This document shows positions 1 to 9,277 of a DNA stretch of 57,385 nucleotides, piece by piece. The stretch spans positions 1 through 57,385 of the forward strand of contig MGQA01000109.1 in NCBI GenBank assembly GCA_001797665.1. Reading direction: 5' to 3'. Position 1 is the first letter of the stretch; each line of letters opens with the position of its first letter. The DNA comes from Deltaproteobacteria bacterium GWF2_42_12 (lineage in GTDB: Bacteria > Desulfobacterota > GWC2-55-46 > UBA9637). The notes beneath the pieces are model-generated. The model searched no databases and was not told the DNA's origin. It saw nothing but the letters and a program-made list of their open reading frames with translations. A program made the position numbers and the translations under genes.

Positions 1-136
1 TATAATCCTTATAAAATGCAACCGTCTCTAACACTGATTAGCACATTGCGAATATTAATGCACTCATTATGTGTCTGTGGCTTTTCCCTTTTGCAAGACA
101 GATAAAAGTGCCTGTTGTCCTAATTAAAAGCAAATG

Positions 137-334
137 CTAATGTAAACAACGAATATAAGCCATTCTCAAATAATTAGAACCGTCCCCGTAAACTACCCGT
201 AAACTAACTACCCCTTCTGAAACAGATTCCTCAAGCCGAATATCTGCATATTCAACACCCCTTTTTTTGAGATAAGAGATGGTATGCTGAAGGATGGGGA
301 TGAAGGTATGTTTTGATAAAGGATCAATAATCAT
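137..334 (-). CDS. hypothetical small protein (65 aa)
   Basis: ORF only. No family motif recognised. Flanked by hairpin repeats at 340-480. May be spurious. Confidence 0.15.
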   Translation of the reverse strand: MIIDPLSKHTFIPILQHTISYLKKRGVEYADIRLEESVSEGVVSLRVVYGDGSNYLRMAYIRCLH

Positions 335-482
335 TCAAGAATATGTTGAAGAACCCCGCAGCAAGCTACGATGATTCTCCTCGGTAAGGAATTTTATTAT
401 TGACATAGCTCGCCTTGACCCCGCTCCAAGGAGCGGGGATTGCGGCGAGCATTCCGTTCAATGAGGGTGGATGAAGGGATAA

Positions 483-707
483 TTACGCAACCTGAAGTTT
501 TTTCTCCATTGATTTAAGAACATTCTTAAACATGCGAGAGGCTTTGAACAGTTCAACACCGATAAGGTTGCCATTGCTGTCAAGTTCCATATTCACACCG
601 GGAGATATTTCTACAACTTCAGCCTCTTCGCCCTCTTTTGCAAGATAAAGGATGTCCTCTTCTTCATCGTAAAATACTTTAAAATCGTCCATTATATTTT
701 CCTCCAT
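483..707 (-). CDS. DUF2283 family protein (antitoxin-like partner of DUF4258)
   Basis: 74 aa. The pattern FYDEEEDILYL...EISPGVNMELDSNGNLIGVELF matches the DUF2283 signature (YD.E.D.LYI ... D.D..G.IvGIEI). Its start overlaps the end of the upstream DUF4258-like reading frame. Confidence 0.7.
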   Translation of the reverse strand: MEENIMDDFKVFYDEEEDILYLAKEGEEAEVVEISPGVNMELDSNGNLIGVELFKASRMFKNVLKSMEKKLQVA

Positions 708-973
708 CTTCCTGATTGAATTCGGTTTTCTTTTTGTCCTTCCTTCAAAGGATGTATGGTCAGCAGTTTAATATCTGCATTCTCATGTTTATATGCTACC
801 CTTATATCCCTTTCTTTGCCATACAATACTGCCTACATAACTGCAATTTCATGCCCTGTTGCTGTATCTATGAATCGTTCCTTTGCATTTTCGTAAATTC
901 TCTGAGGCAGACTGTATTCAATTTTTCTCATAGCAATTCTTGTCTCAATGTGCCTTGAATATTTAATCTGCAT
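692..973 (-). pseudogene. DUF4258-like toxin gene interrupted by an in-frame TAG
   Basis: Hand translation of the minus strand gives MQIKYSRHIETRIAMRKIEYSLPQRIYENAKERFIDTATGHEIAVM*AVLYGKERDIRVAYKHENADIKLLTIHPLKEGQKENRIQSGRWRKI. The TAG lies at 833-835 (plus-strand cta). Both halves are under 60 aa, so they are absent from the ORF track. The 3' end overlaps the DUF2283 start. Confidence 0.55.
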
Positions 974-1173
974 ATTTATCTTTTCCCCTCCACAATTTTA
1001 ATCTCTTCAATTGAGAAAAGTTTCATGCGATATTCCCCTCTCCCTGCGCTCCTGTAATTATCTTTTCAATCCACCTTTCCGCACTGCCTGCCGTGAGAGC
1101 AGAATGGTTTTTAAATGTCTGCCCCATAGGTTGACACAATCGCACATAAAAAGAATCGTCCCCATTAACATGC

Positions 1174-4100
1174 TCAATCTCCTTCCCTTTCCATCTCCCT
1201 AATAATCTTCATTGTCTCCACGCTTACGGTGCAGACCTGTTTCAGCAGGTCTATTACCTTGTCTTTGTAATCTGAAAAGCGGTAGGTGTTGAATTTCTCG
1301 GCTATGGTGGGGTCTGATGGCTTCTTTTCCTTGTATTGGTCGAGTACCCATTCTATTGCGCTCCTGTTGCCGAGTTTATATGCCCAAGCCTCTTTGGGTA
1401 TGCCCGTCATTGTGGTGAGTTCGTCTACCTCGATGACGCCCCTCTCCTTGTCAGCCTTGAGTTTCACCTTTATTTTAGGCTTGTAACTGAACATGGCAGT
1501 CGGCTCATGCACCTCAAACATATCTTTGACCATTTTCTTGTGCTCGCCCTTTGTATCGCTGGTGATGACCTTTAGAGAATAGGGCTCGACAACCTCATAG
1601 CCGATATGCAATTCCATGAGCTTCTTGCCCCATTTGGCCCACTTCCGGAAGTCTTTATAAAAAGGTATCCGCGGGAACTCTCGTTTAAGGTTCAATTCGT
1701 ATTTTTTGCGGTAGGCGGGATTGTGCAGAACGGCATAGACGTAATGGAAGATGTCTTCCTTCTTAATCTTCTTGTCCTTGTAATGGCTGCGAAACTGTTC
1801 TAATCCCCAATCCGTGATGTTGTCTATGCGGTTGCCGTGCTTATCGTAACGGTAAAGGGGAAGACTTTGAGTTTTTTCAAGGAAATCAACTCCAAATAAT
1901 AAACTTGTTGCAACTACTGAGAAGGGTTTTGATGAGCCAATGCCAGAGAAACCGATGACTAAATTATTTTCTTTCAAATCATGTCCGAACATTTCAAAAT
2001 GATTACTCGTCAATCTATCAGATAAATTCTTGTCAGAGCAATAATGTAGTTTAAAAAATGGTCTATAAATAAACGGTATTGATAAGCCAGAATCTAATGC
2101 TAATTTATTTTTATTTTTGAACTTTGCTTTTAGCGAATCGCTCCACTTGATATCTTTTATTTTCTCATCATTAAAATCAACGGTCTTCAAAGACAATTTT
2201 GAATTATATGAATCGATAAAATACCTAACTTTCTTCATCAATGCATTTGCATCCAAATCAAATACCCACTCATCCCTGTTGGTTGATGCACCAATGGATA
2301 TAAAACCTACGAGCGATTTTTTGCTTTTTTCCTCAACTAATATCATCAAATCTTCCCAACCATTTTCGGATATGTTTATCCAATTGTGGCCTTTATCGGG
2401 TGTGACTTGGGCAAATTCAATCTTCTGAAGCTGGTTTGTACGCAGCCATTCCAGCTTTTCTTCTTTGCGCCAGAAATCATCCATAGAAACATATTCAATC
2501 CTGCAATTCGCTTCCTGTTTCTCTTTCCTGACAAGAAACATAATAGCAACGCCTGTCTGGATGCCGAATACATTATGCGTTGTCCCTGCAATCTTGGGAT
2601 TGGCGCGAACATCGCTTTTTGTGTCAACTATGTATGCATGGCTGAAATGGTCTTCCACCCACTTGCGGAAGCCGTCAAAGGTGCGGCTGTCAATGAAGCT
2701 GCGGTTGGTAATGAAGGCAATTACGCCGTTTTTATCAATTCTGTCCATAGCCCAGCGGTAAAAGCGGGAATACATGTCATACATCTTCGTCTTCTGCGCC
2801 GTGCTGTTTTTGATGTAGGTTTCCTTGATTCGCTTATCAATTTCAGGGTATTCACGGTTCTTGTTGTTCTCGTTTTCATTCTTCTGGTTGGCGTTGTAAG
2901 GAGGATTGCCGATGATGACCGAAATCTTCTTGCGATTCTGCCTGCGTATGCGCTCGGCATTCTCATTGGTTAGCGCAAATATGCTTTCCTGCTTGCCTGA
3001 GTAGTCAAGTGGCGCGGTATTGTCCAACGTATCCACAAAACAGATATTCGGAAATTCCTCGTAATTCCCCATCTTCTGCTTGTATGTATACTCTATGTTG
3101 AGGTTTGCCACATAATACGGCAGTATAGCGACCTCGTTGGCGTGGAGTTCATTCTTGTATTTGTAGGTCAGGTGTTGCTTCGGTATGTGCTCGATGATGT
3201 CGCAGATGAAGGTGCCTGTGCCTGAGGCAGGGTCGAGTATCTCCACGTTTTTGTCGGCCAGGGTCTTGCCAAAGTGCTTGTGCAGAAGGTAGTCGGCGCT
3301 CTCTATCATAAACTTCACTATCTCGTTGGGCGTGTAAACGACGCCGAGGCGGTCGGCAGCCTTCGGGTTATAAACCTTGTAAAAGTTTTCGTAAAGCACC
3401 TTTAGAAATTTCTGCTTTTCGTGATGGTCTGCAATGGCGGCAGCGGCGGCATTGATAGCGTCGTAATAGTGTTCTATTGAGGCCAGCAGGTTTCTTCTCT
3501 CGCCGTATGTGAACAAGGCGCCGATCAGCTTTTCCAACTCTGCGGCAATGGTATTGTGGCGGTGGAATTCCGGGTCGTCAAATATCTTATTGAATATGTC
3601 GCCTGTAAGGATGTGCTGTATCATCATCTCGCGGATGTCCGCGAGGGTTATGTCCGGGTTTATCTCGTCTTTACAAAGTTTCAGGAACTTGTCGCGCTCT
3701 TTTATAAACTTTTCATTCTTTGCCCCGGCCTCTTCTATGCGCCTTCTCAGGGTTTCTATGATGACAGGGATATCGTGCTTAAACTTCTCTATCGCATCTT
3801 CGAACTTGTATACAGCCTCGTTCTTGTAAGAAATGAAGGCTGTGATGATGGCGTGCAGCTTGTCGGTGTCGCGGACTGAAACCCGCATCACCTCTTCGCC
3901 GCGTTGGAACAGTACCGCCGTCTGGCTGTCTTCAAAAAGCGTATTGCTAAGCGGATACCCCTTTTTAATCTTTGCACCTATCTCGTCATCAATTACGTCC
4001 TTCTCATCCTTGCTTTCCCAATAGCCGACATCCAGACCCCAAAGGTTTTTGAGAATCCCATCGGGCTTTACCTTGCTGCCACACGTTCCCATGCAATAGA

Positions 4101-4251
4101 CTTCGCGGACTACTTCGTAATTGTTCTTGTGCGCATAGTCATTGAGGAGCATCCAGAAATAGCTCTTTATGGCATCTTCATTGCGGGACTTGCCGAATTG
4201 CAGGGCGCGGTCAAGATTGGTGTAGTATTGATTTATGAGGAGTTTTGACAT
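1174..4251 (-). CDS. fused endonuclease / N6-adenine DNA methyltransferase / target-recognition enzyme (type IIG, MmeI- or type ISP-like), paralog 1
   Basis: 1025 aa. N-terminal PD-(D/E)xK-like motif KPDG..x..GYWESK. SAM motif I ILDPASGTGTF. Catalytic motif IV IIGNPPY. C-terminal block IFHYVYAVLHNPAYRKKYELNLKREFPRIPF is typical of ISP/YeeA-type C-terminal domains. Confidence 0.8.
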   Translation of the reverse strand: MSKLLINQYYTNLDRALQFGKSRNEDAIKSYFWMLLNDYAHKNNYEVVREVYCMGTCGSKVKPDGILKNLWGLDVGYWESKDEKDVIDDEIGAKIKKGYPLSNTLFEDSQTAVLFQRGEEVMRVSVRDTDKLHAIITAFISYKNEAVYKFEDAIEKFKHDIPVIIETLRRRIEEAGAKNEKFIKERDKFLKLCKDEINPDITLADIREMMIQHILTGDIFNKIFDDPEFHRHNTIAAELEKLIGALFTYGERRNLLASIEHYYDAINAAAAAIADHHEKQKFLKVLYENFYKVYNPKAADRLGVVYTPNEIVKFMIESADYLLHKHFGKTLADKNVEILDPASGTGTFICDIIEHIPKQHLTYKYKNELHANEVAILPYYVANLNIEYTYKQKMGNYEEFPNICFVDTLDNTAPLDYSGKQESIFALTNENAERIRRQNRKKISVIIGNPPYNANQKNENENNKNREYPEIDKRIKETYIKNSTAQKTKMYDMYSRFYRWAMDRIDKNGVIAFITNRSFIDSRTFDGFRKWVEDHFSHAYIVDTKSDVRANPKIAGTTHNVFGIQTGVAIMFLVRKEKQEANCRIEYVSMDDFWRKEEKLEWLRTNQLQKIEFAQVTPDKGHNWINISENGWEDLMILVEEKSKKSLVGFISIGASTNRDEWVFDLDANALMKKVRYFIDSYNSKLSLKTVDFNDEKIKDIKWSDSLKAKFKNKNKLALDSGLSIPFIYRPFFKLHYCSDKNLSDRLTSNHFEMFGHDLKENNLVIGFSGIGSSKPFSVVATSLLFGVDFLEKTQSLPLYRYDKHGNRIDNITDWGLEQFRSHYKDKKIKKEDIFHYVYAVLHNPAYRKKYELNLKREFPRIPFYKDFRKWAKWGKKLMELHIGYEVVEPYSLKVITSDTKGEHKKMVKDMFEVHEPTAMFSYKPKIKVKLKADKERGVIEVDELTTMTGIPKEAWAYKLGNRSAIEWVLDQYKEKKPSDPTIAEKFNTYRFSDYKDKVIDLLKQVCTVSVETMKIIREMEREGD

Positions 4252-4347
4252 AACTTATTTTACTTCAATCATTTTCTGCTTTTAAACACATTTGCTTTTA
4301 AATCACACTCCTGCTGATAAAGCACAGTCTATACTACGCCACTGCTT

Positions 4348-4734
4348 TCAAATGACAGGAAGGATTCCAGATGTTGCTATTTCTTCGTCTTCTGTAAGGA
4401 TGCCTACTTCCTCTCTCAAGATATTCTTGTAAACAAGTCCTGTCCCAACTATCAAAGCATCGTGGATATTGAGGCTGTCAGGCATCTTTTCAACAACGTT
4501 TTCGTCCACAGGGTAGACAACGCAGTTTTCAGATTCACTGAGGTATTCTAAAACCATATCGAAATCTATATTGATACGCTTGATTGAAATGAGGTGCTTG
4601 ATCTCTGCAAGCACAATGGCGGGAAAGACAAAGTTGTTGCCTTTGTTTATAAGAATTTGACGGTGCTGCGGCTTTAATCTCTTGTTCTTATCTAAAAACC
4701 ATATAAATATATGAGTGTCAACAATATAGGTCAT
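4348..4734 (-). CDS. vapC: PIN-domain ribonuclease toxin (VapC-like)
   Basis: 128 aa. Begins YIVDTHIFIW (first acidic PIN residue) with later D/E positions. There is a 4-nt ATGA overlap with the upstream small ORF. Confidence 0.75.
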   Translation of the reverse strand: MTYIVDTHIFIWFLDKNKRLKPQHRQILINKGNNFVFPAIVLAEIKHLISIKRINIDFDMVLEYLSESENCVVYPVDENVVEKMPDSLNIHDALIVGTGLVYKNILREEVGILTEDEEIATSGILPVI

Positions 4735-4919
4735 ATCTTGTTCTTAAAGGAGTATTCATATTTTTTGATCTCTTCAAGGGAAATATCCATTTTACCCTCA
4801 TAAGCTCCATACAAATCCGATAAGAACTTTCCTTTTTTAGGAGCAATAATTTTCGACTTCAGCACCTTCAATTGCTGCTCCAGACTTTCAATTTGCAATT
4901 TTATTACCGCTTCTTTCAT
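4731..4919 (-). CDS. putative antitoxin of the VapC-like toxin
   Basis: 62-aa coiled-coil-like ORF. Its stop overlaps the toxin start. AGGAGG lies upstream at about 4926-4931. No family motif recognised. Confidence 0.45.
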   Translation of the reverse strand: MKEAVIKLQIESLEQQLKVLKSKIIAPKKGKFLSDLYGAYEGKMDISLEEIKKYEYSFKNKI

Positions 4920-5062
4920 AAAACAGACCTCCTTGTTTGCTGCTTTATAATTCTATATCATAATACCAGCTTATTCTATAGCTAAAAAGAAAAACTGGAC
5001 TGACCTATTCCCCCCCCAACCCTCTCCCGCAAAGGGGCAAGGGAGAAAGTGTGTCCACTATC

Positions 5063-6118
5063 TTAGAATTGCCCCTTCTCCACTTCTCTCACTATCGCCT
5101 CCACAATATCTTTTTCTTTTATTTTTTTCGCAGGCTTGCCTTTTATGTATAACATGCCGACTCCATCTCCGCCTGCTATGCCGATGTCTGATTCAATTGC
5201 CTCACCCGGGCCGTTTACCACGCACCCCATGACAGCTATATTTATTGGCTTTGTGATGTGCGAAAGCCTCTTTTCTATCTCATTTGCAAGGGTAATGATG
5301 TCAAGCTTGATTCTTCCGCAGGTTGGGCAGGATATGATATTGACCCCCCTCTCCCTTAATTTCATTGCCTTGAGAATCTCCCACCCTACCCTCACCTCTT
5401 CCACAGGGTCTCCTGTAAGAGAAACCCGTAAGGTATCGCCTATGCCTTCTGCCAATAAAATGCCGAGACCGACTGCTGATTTAACTGTGCCTGAAAAGAT
5501 TGTCCCTGCCTCTGTGATGCCTATGTGAAATGGATAATCAACCTTTTTAGATAGAAGCCTGTATGCGTCAATTGTTTTCCAGACATCAGATGCCTTTAAT
5601 GATACCTTAATATCATGGAAATCTAAATCTTCCAGTATCTTTATATGCCGCAATGCACTCTCTACCATTGCCTTTGGCGTTGGGTGGCCGTATTTTTCCA
5701 AAATATTCTTTTCCAGAGAGCCGGCATTCACGCCAATTCTAATGGGTATCTTCTTTTCCTGTGCAGCCTTTACTACTGTCTTGACCCTTTCTTTATCCCC
5801 TATATTGCCGGGATTCAGCCTTAGTCCATCAATTCCGTTATCTATGACCTTCAACGCTAATCGATAATCAAAATGAATATCCGCAATAAGGGGAAGATTG
5901 ATAGCCTTCTTAATCTTGCCTACTGCCTCTGCCGCCTCCATATTAGGGACAGCAACGCGCACAATTTCACACCCTGCCCTTTCCAATGCCTTTATCTGAT
6001 TCACCGTTGCCTTCACATCAGCAGTATCAGTATTGGTCATAGACTGGACAGAGATGGGGGAATTGCTTCCAATCTTTATGCTGCCAACTGAAATCTGTCT
6101 TGTTTTTCTGCGGGTCAT
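5063..6118 (-). CDS. ispG: 4-hydroxy-3-methylbut-2-en-1-yl diphosphate synthase
   Basis: [30 protein letters not shown]... plus the C-terminal CPTCGR and GCVVNGPGE Fe-S motifs. Start chosen at 6118 by similarity to the usual IspG N-terminus. The ORF extends to 6172. Confidence 0.9.
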   Translation of the reverse strand: MTRRKTRQISVGSIKIGSNSPISVQSMTNTDTADVKATVNQIKALERAGCEIVRVAVPNMEAAEAVGKIKKAINLPLIADIHFDYRLALKVIDNGIDGLRLNPGNIGDKERVKTVVKAAQEKKIPIRIGVNAGSLEKNILEKYGHPTPKAMVESALRHIKILEDLDFHDIKVSLKASDVWKTIDAYRLLSKKVDYPFHIGITEAGTIFSGTVKSAVGLGILLAEGIGDTLRVSLTGDPVEEVRVGWEILKAMKLRERGVNIISCPTCGRIKLDIITLANEIEKRLSHITKPINIAVMGCVVNGPGEAIESDIGIAGGDGVGMLYIKGKPAKKIKEKDIVEAIVREVEKGQF

Positions 6119-6187
6119 GATTTTCAAGATTTTTGCAGTCATTGCAAAGCCGACAAATATCGGCTGAAGCAATCTCTTACCTGCTGC

Positions 6188-6256
6188 GTCATTTAAGAAA
6201 CGAGATTACTTCGCTTCACCCTGTACCATTTGGTTCAGGGCTTCGCTCGTAATGAC
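6188..6256. repeat. GTCATT...AATGAC palindromic element, copy 1 (intergenic)
   Basis: GTCATTTAAGAAACGAG...CTTCGCTCGTAATGAC. Same termini and size class (64-69 bp) as the copies at 18943-19010 and 27791-27854. Confidence 0.55.
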
Positions 6257-6359
6257 ACGATGAGAAGGTTTTTCAAGCACTATCATACCAAAAAAATTAG
6301 GCTGAAGGTCAAAGAAAATCAATAAAAATCTTCAGCCCTCAGCCTTAAGTCTTACTACG

Positions 6360-6448
6360 TGGTGCCCGAGGCCGGACTCGAACCGGCACGGTAGTTTCCC
6401 ACCTCGGGATTTTAAGTCCCGTGCGTCTACCAGTTCCGCCACTCGGGC
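6360..6448 (-). tRNA. tRNA-Leu (anticodon TAA), CCA encoded
   Basis: Minus-strand read GCCCGAGTGGCGGAACTGGTAGACGCACGGGACTTAAAATCCCG...GGTTCGAGTCCGGCCTCGGGCACCA. Shows acceptor pairing, a long variable arm and a TPsiC arm. Anticodon loop is CT-TAA-AA. Confidence 0.85.
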
Positions 6449-6531
6449 AAAGTTAGTGATAAGTTTGGAGTTAGGAGTTTTGAGTCAAAGACAAAAAAGA
6501 ATACTCTAACTCAGGACTCTGAACTAAAAAA

Positions 6532-6607
6532 TGGAGGCGGCGAGCGGATTTGAACCGCTGCATCGCAGTTTTGCAGACTGCTCCCTTAGCCACTTGGGTA
6601 CGCCGCC
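6532..6607 (-). tRNA. tRNA-Cys (anticodon GCA), CCA encoded
   Basis: Minus-strand read GGCGGCGTACCCAAGTGGCTAAGGGAGCAGTCTGCAAAACTGCGATGCAGCGGTTCAAATCCGCTCGCCGCCTCCA. Anticodon arm is GCAGT-CTGCAAA-ACTGC. Confidence 0.85.
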
Positions 6608-6654
6608 TTAGTGTGATAGTATAATTGCCGTATCCGCTTTTTGTCAAGGCAAAA

Positions 6655-6693
6655 AGTGTACCCCAAAAATCAATGTCTATTTTTGGAGTGTAC
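6655..6693. repeat. 25-bp hairpin CCCAAAAATCAATGTCTATTTTTGG flanked by a perfect 7-bp direct repeat AGTGTAC
   Basis: Hairpin at 6662-6686. AGTGTAC at 6655-6661 and again at 6687-6693. Related hairpins at 20829-20853 and 34653-34681. Confidence 0.6.
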
Positions 6694-6796
6694 TCAATGT
6701 GAGGGTTTACATATGGAGGGGATAAATGGAAAGGCCTTGGCCTTTACCCCAAACAAAAAAATTGTGGCGAAAGGGTTTAGCACAGGGTGTGAGGTT

Positions 6797-8695
6797 TCAC
6801 TCCTTTAAATTCCTTTCCTTAAGCCTTTTTAAGCCTGTAATTGCTGCTTTATCATCTGGATTTATATCCAATGCCCTTTGAAATGCCTCTTTAGCCATCT
6901 TCATATCGCCTCTTTGCATATACAGCTCGCCAAGGGCTACATGGGCAAAACCAATATCAGGGTTTATTGTTACAACCTTTTTCCACTCCTCGAACTCTTC
7001 ATTTCGCATACCCAGATTAAAGTAAATATAGGCAAGGGATAGATGAGATTCTTCATTATCCGGATTCATAGAAAGATTCCTCTTAAACTCCTGCACGATT
7101 TCATTTATAATTTCTTTATGCACCAGATACCTGTTCAGGTAAGTAGGATTTAGCTCATTAGGCCTTGCATATCTATATTCAAATCTTTTGATAATATCCT
7201 TATTCCTTGAACCTCTTTTAGCATAGACTATGGCCTCTCTATCCCAGTAGATCAATGCCCATTCAGGGTTTTCGATGAGATGTGCTATCCGCTCCTTTCT
7301 TGCATAGTCTCTTGAATATTCCAGTATTACCCAGTCTATATCATAATCTTTAACTACCTTTTGCCATGCATCTGGAGTAAGATGCGCATCCAGATAACTC
7401 TTGTAGAAATCCTGTTTGTAAACATCGTTTCTTCCGTCTATAAAGACCTTTTGTTCAGGAAATAACCTCCATATAAGATAACCGCCATAGCCTATAGAAT
7501 TAAACATATTCCCTTGAATATTATTGTGTCGTAAAAAATCCACTGTCTTTACTGGAAAAACCCTCTCTTTCAGCCCAAGGCCGAATGCATATGTTTTACT
7601 GTTTAAAACAACCAGATAAAATATAATGCCTATGCAGACGGTCAAGATGAGCGGTGTAATAAATTTAATACGTTCAAATCTCGAGGATATCTTAGGAAAA
7701 GAAAATAGGTTAAGCCTTCTTGCAACAATAGGGCCTACTGCTATTGCAAACTCTGGCAACAGTCTTATCCCTTTTACAGCAAGATAGAGAAAAGCAAAAA
7801 AGGTCAACAACTCTGTAAAATCTATCTTCTTAAATTGGCGGATAAACACAAATAGGCAGAGAGTGAGAAGCAGGGAAAAGCCCCATGTGTATCTAATCCC
7901 ATAATCAAGGTCAATAAGGTGAACCAATCTGAGGGGCTGCCATTCCTGAATATTCTGCATATAGAGTGTTTGCCCGGTCAGAAAAAATGGAAATAAAAAG
8001 GCCTTGAATCCAGCAGGATTTATCAGGGTTGCAATCACCAGTGCCACTATGGCAAGGGTTAGGTTGATAAATTGTTTCTTGGTAAAGATAGGTGCTTCTC
8101 TGTTGCCAGAATATACTGCAATACCCTCGCCCACTAAAAAGATTAAAGGTGTCATGAGACCAAGAATGTGGCTTCCATGGATATTGACCCAGAAGAGCTG
8201 GACTATCGGCAGAATAAAGAGATAATTTTTCCCTCTGAATTTATAAATATTGAGAACATAGAAAAATATTGCCAGAAAAAGGAATTCAAAAATGTGAGGC
8301 CGGATACTCATCCTGAATCTTACAACAAATGCGACAACTATCAAGGTAAAGAGAGTTAGATAACCCTTTGCCCCGGTAACCTGCATGGTCTTATAAAGAA
8401 TAAAGAAAACCAGAGTTAAAAGGATTGCCTTGCAGATGATAAGTCCATTAAGGCCTCCTATGGTGTAGACCCAGTAGAAGACAACACCTGATAGCCATGA
8501 CTGTATTGATAAGGGAGTATTGCCTGCTGTAAAAGAGAACGGATCAATCTGGTTAATCTTGCCTGTTTCAAGGATGTACTTACCAGTGGCAAGATGATAG
8601 AAAATATCATAATCTGCAATCTGAGAAAGCCCCATCGAAAATATAAACGAAAAGAGCGCACAAAGTAAGATATTATCTGTTTTTTCTGAAGTCAT
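6797..8695 (-). CDS. polytopic membrane protein with C-terminal TPR repeats (putative glycosyl/oligosaccharyl-transferase-like)
   Basis: 632 aa. About 12 hydrophobic segments in the N-terminal 370 aa. The C-terminus has TPR-like repeats (AYIYFNLGMRNEEFEEWKKVVTINPD..AHVALGELYMQRGDMKMAKEAFQRALDINPDD). Confidence 0.5.
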   Translation of the reverse strand: MTSEKTDNILLCALFSFIFSMGLSQIADYDIFYHLATGKYILETGKINQIDPFSFTAGNTPLSIQSWLSGVVFYWVYTIGGLNGLIICKAILLTLVFFILYKTMQVTGAKGYLTLFTLIVVAFVVRFRMSIRPHIFEFLFLAIFFYVLNIYKFRGKNYLFILPIVQLFWVNIHGSHILGLMTPLIFLVGEGIAVYSGNREAPIFTKKQFINLTLAIVALVIATLINPAGFKAFLFPFFLTGQTLYMQNIQEWQPLRLVHLIDLDYGIRYTWGFSLLLTLCLFVFIRQFKKIDFTELLTFFAFLYLAVKGIRLLPEFAIAVGPIVARRLNLFSFPKISSRFERIKFITPLILTVCIGIIFYLVVLNSKTYAFGLGLKERVFPVKTVDFLRHNNIQGNMFNSIGYGGYLIWRLFPEQKVFIDGRNDVYKQDFYKSYLDAHLTPDAWQKVVKDYDIDWVILEYSRDYARKERIAHLIENPEWALIYWDREAIVYAKRGSRNKDIIKRFEYRYARPNELNPTYLNRYLVHKEIINEIVQEFKRNLSMNPDNEESHLSLAYIYFNLGMRNEEFEEWKKVVTINPDIGFAHVALGELYMQRGDMKMAKEAFQRALDINPDDKAAITGLKRLKERNLKE

Positions 8696-8711
8696 ACGTT
8701 AACGCAAAGAT

Positions 8712-9248
8712 TCAATCAACTGCCACCATTTCTCTTATCTTTTCAAATTTCTTATCTCCTATCCCTTTTACCTTTTTAAGGTCTTTTATACTCTTAAATC
8801 CGCCAAGCGCCTTTCTGGTTTCAATAACCTTCTCTGCTAATTTTGGCCCTATGCCTGGAAGGGCCTCAAAATCCTGTGCAGTAGCCTCATTGATATTTAG
8901 AGGAATCGAGAAGATTAGGTGCTTTTCTCCGCTCATCCGTCCTTTGGTAGCAGAACCGTTTTTGTTTATGGTAATCTTTGAACCGCTTTTGACTCCGCCT
9001 GAGGCGGATGACTCCTGATCCCCGATAGTTACATTCGAGGACAGGCTTCTGCCCTCTGGTTTCTTTTTTGGCAATACATAGACCTTGCTATTACCAGAAG
9101 GGTCTTCTACCTCAAAAACGGTCTGCCCTGCAGAAGATGCCGGGGTAATCTCGGTAGGCTCTTTAGATGTATAAAATTCTTTCAGAAAAAAAACTGCTGT
9201 AAGAAAGACAGCTATAGCAAGGAGGGCTATGTCTCTTGATTTAACCAT
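8712..9248 (-). CDS. comEA: ComEA family helix-hairpin-helix DNA-binding protein
   Basis: N-terminal membrane anchor. C-terminal INEATAQDFEALPGIGPKLAEKVIETRKALGGFKSIKDLKKVKGIGDKKFEKI, a tandem HhH. Confidence 0.8.
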   Translation of the reverse strand: MVKSRDIALLAIAVFLTAVFFLKEFYTSKEPTEITPASSAGQTVFEVEDPSGNSKVYVLPKKKPEGRSLSSNVTIGDQESSASGGVKSGSKITINKNGSATKGRMSGEKHLIFSIPLNINEATAQDFEALPGIGPKLAEKVIETRKALGGFKSIKDLKKVKGIGDKKFEKIREMVAVD

Positions 9249-9277
9249 GCTATCTCCTATGAAAGAATATTGATTAC

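Noticed and set aside
975-1173. Small minus-strand ORFs between RM paralog 1 and the DUF4258 pseudogene (34-37 aa and 16 aa, for example MGQTFKNHSALTAGSAERWIEKIITGAQGEGNIA).
   Set aside because: They are too short, have no recognisable motif and occupy competing frames. They may be remnants of a decayed gene, but this cannot be supported.
2386-2973. Long plus-strand ORFs lying antisense to large minus-strand genes. Examples: 2386-2973, 3509-3879, 5136-5528, 11606-12064, 14261-14773, 22539-23087, 30498-31055, 35856-36227, 39095-39553, 42001-42411, 49995-50375 and 55918-56310.
   Set aside because: Each lies entirely within a minus-strand gene that has clear family motifs. Their translations are low-complexity (Ser/Leu/Phe/Ile-rich) with no motifs, as is typical of shadow ORFs in AT-rich DNA.
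1174-4251. BREX (PglX) or DISARM methyltransferase interpretation of the two large methyltransferase genes.
   Set aside because: No PglZ, BrxC/BrxL, DrmA/B/C or other companion genes lie nearby. The neighbours are TA pairs, ispG and opp genes. The N-terminal PD-ExK-like motif fits a self-contained type IIG-like enzyme better.
6360-6607. tRNA-associated genomic island or prophage, considering tRNA-Leu/Cys next to the RM/TA islet and tRNA-Lys at 20993.
   Set aside because: No integrase, excisionase or phage genes are present, and I could not find a direct repeat of a tRNA 3' end. The flanking genes are housekeeping.
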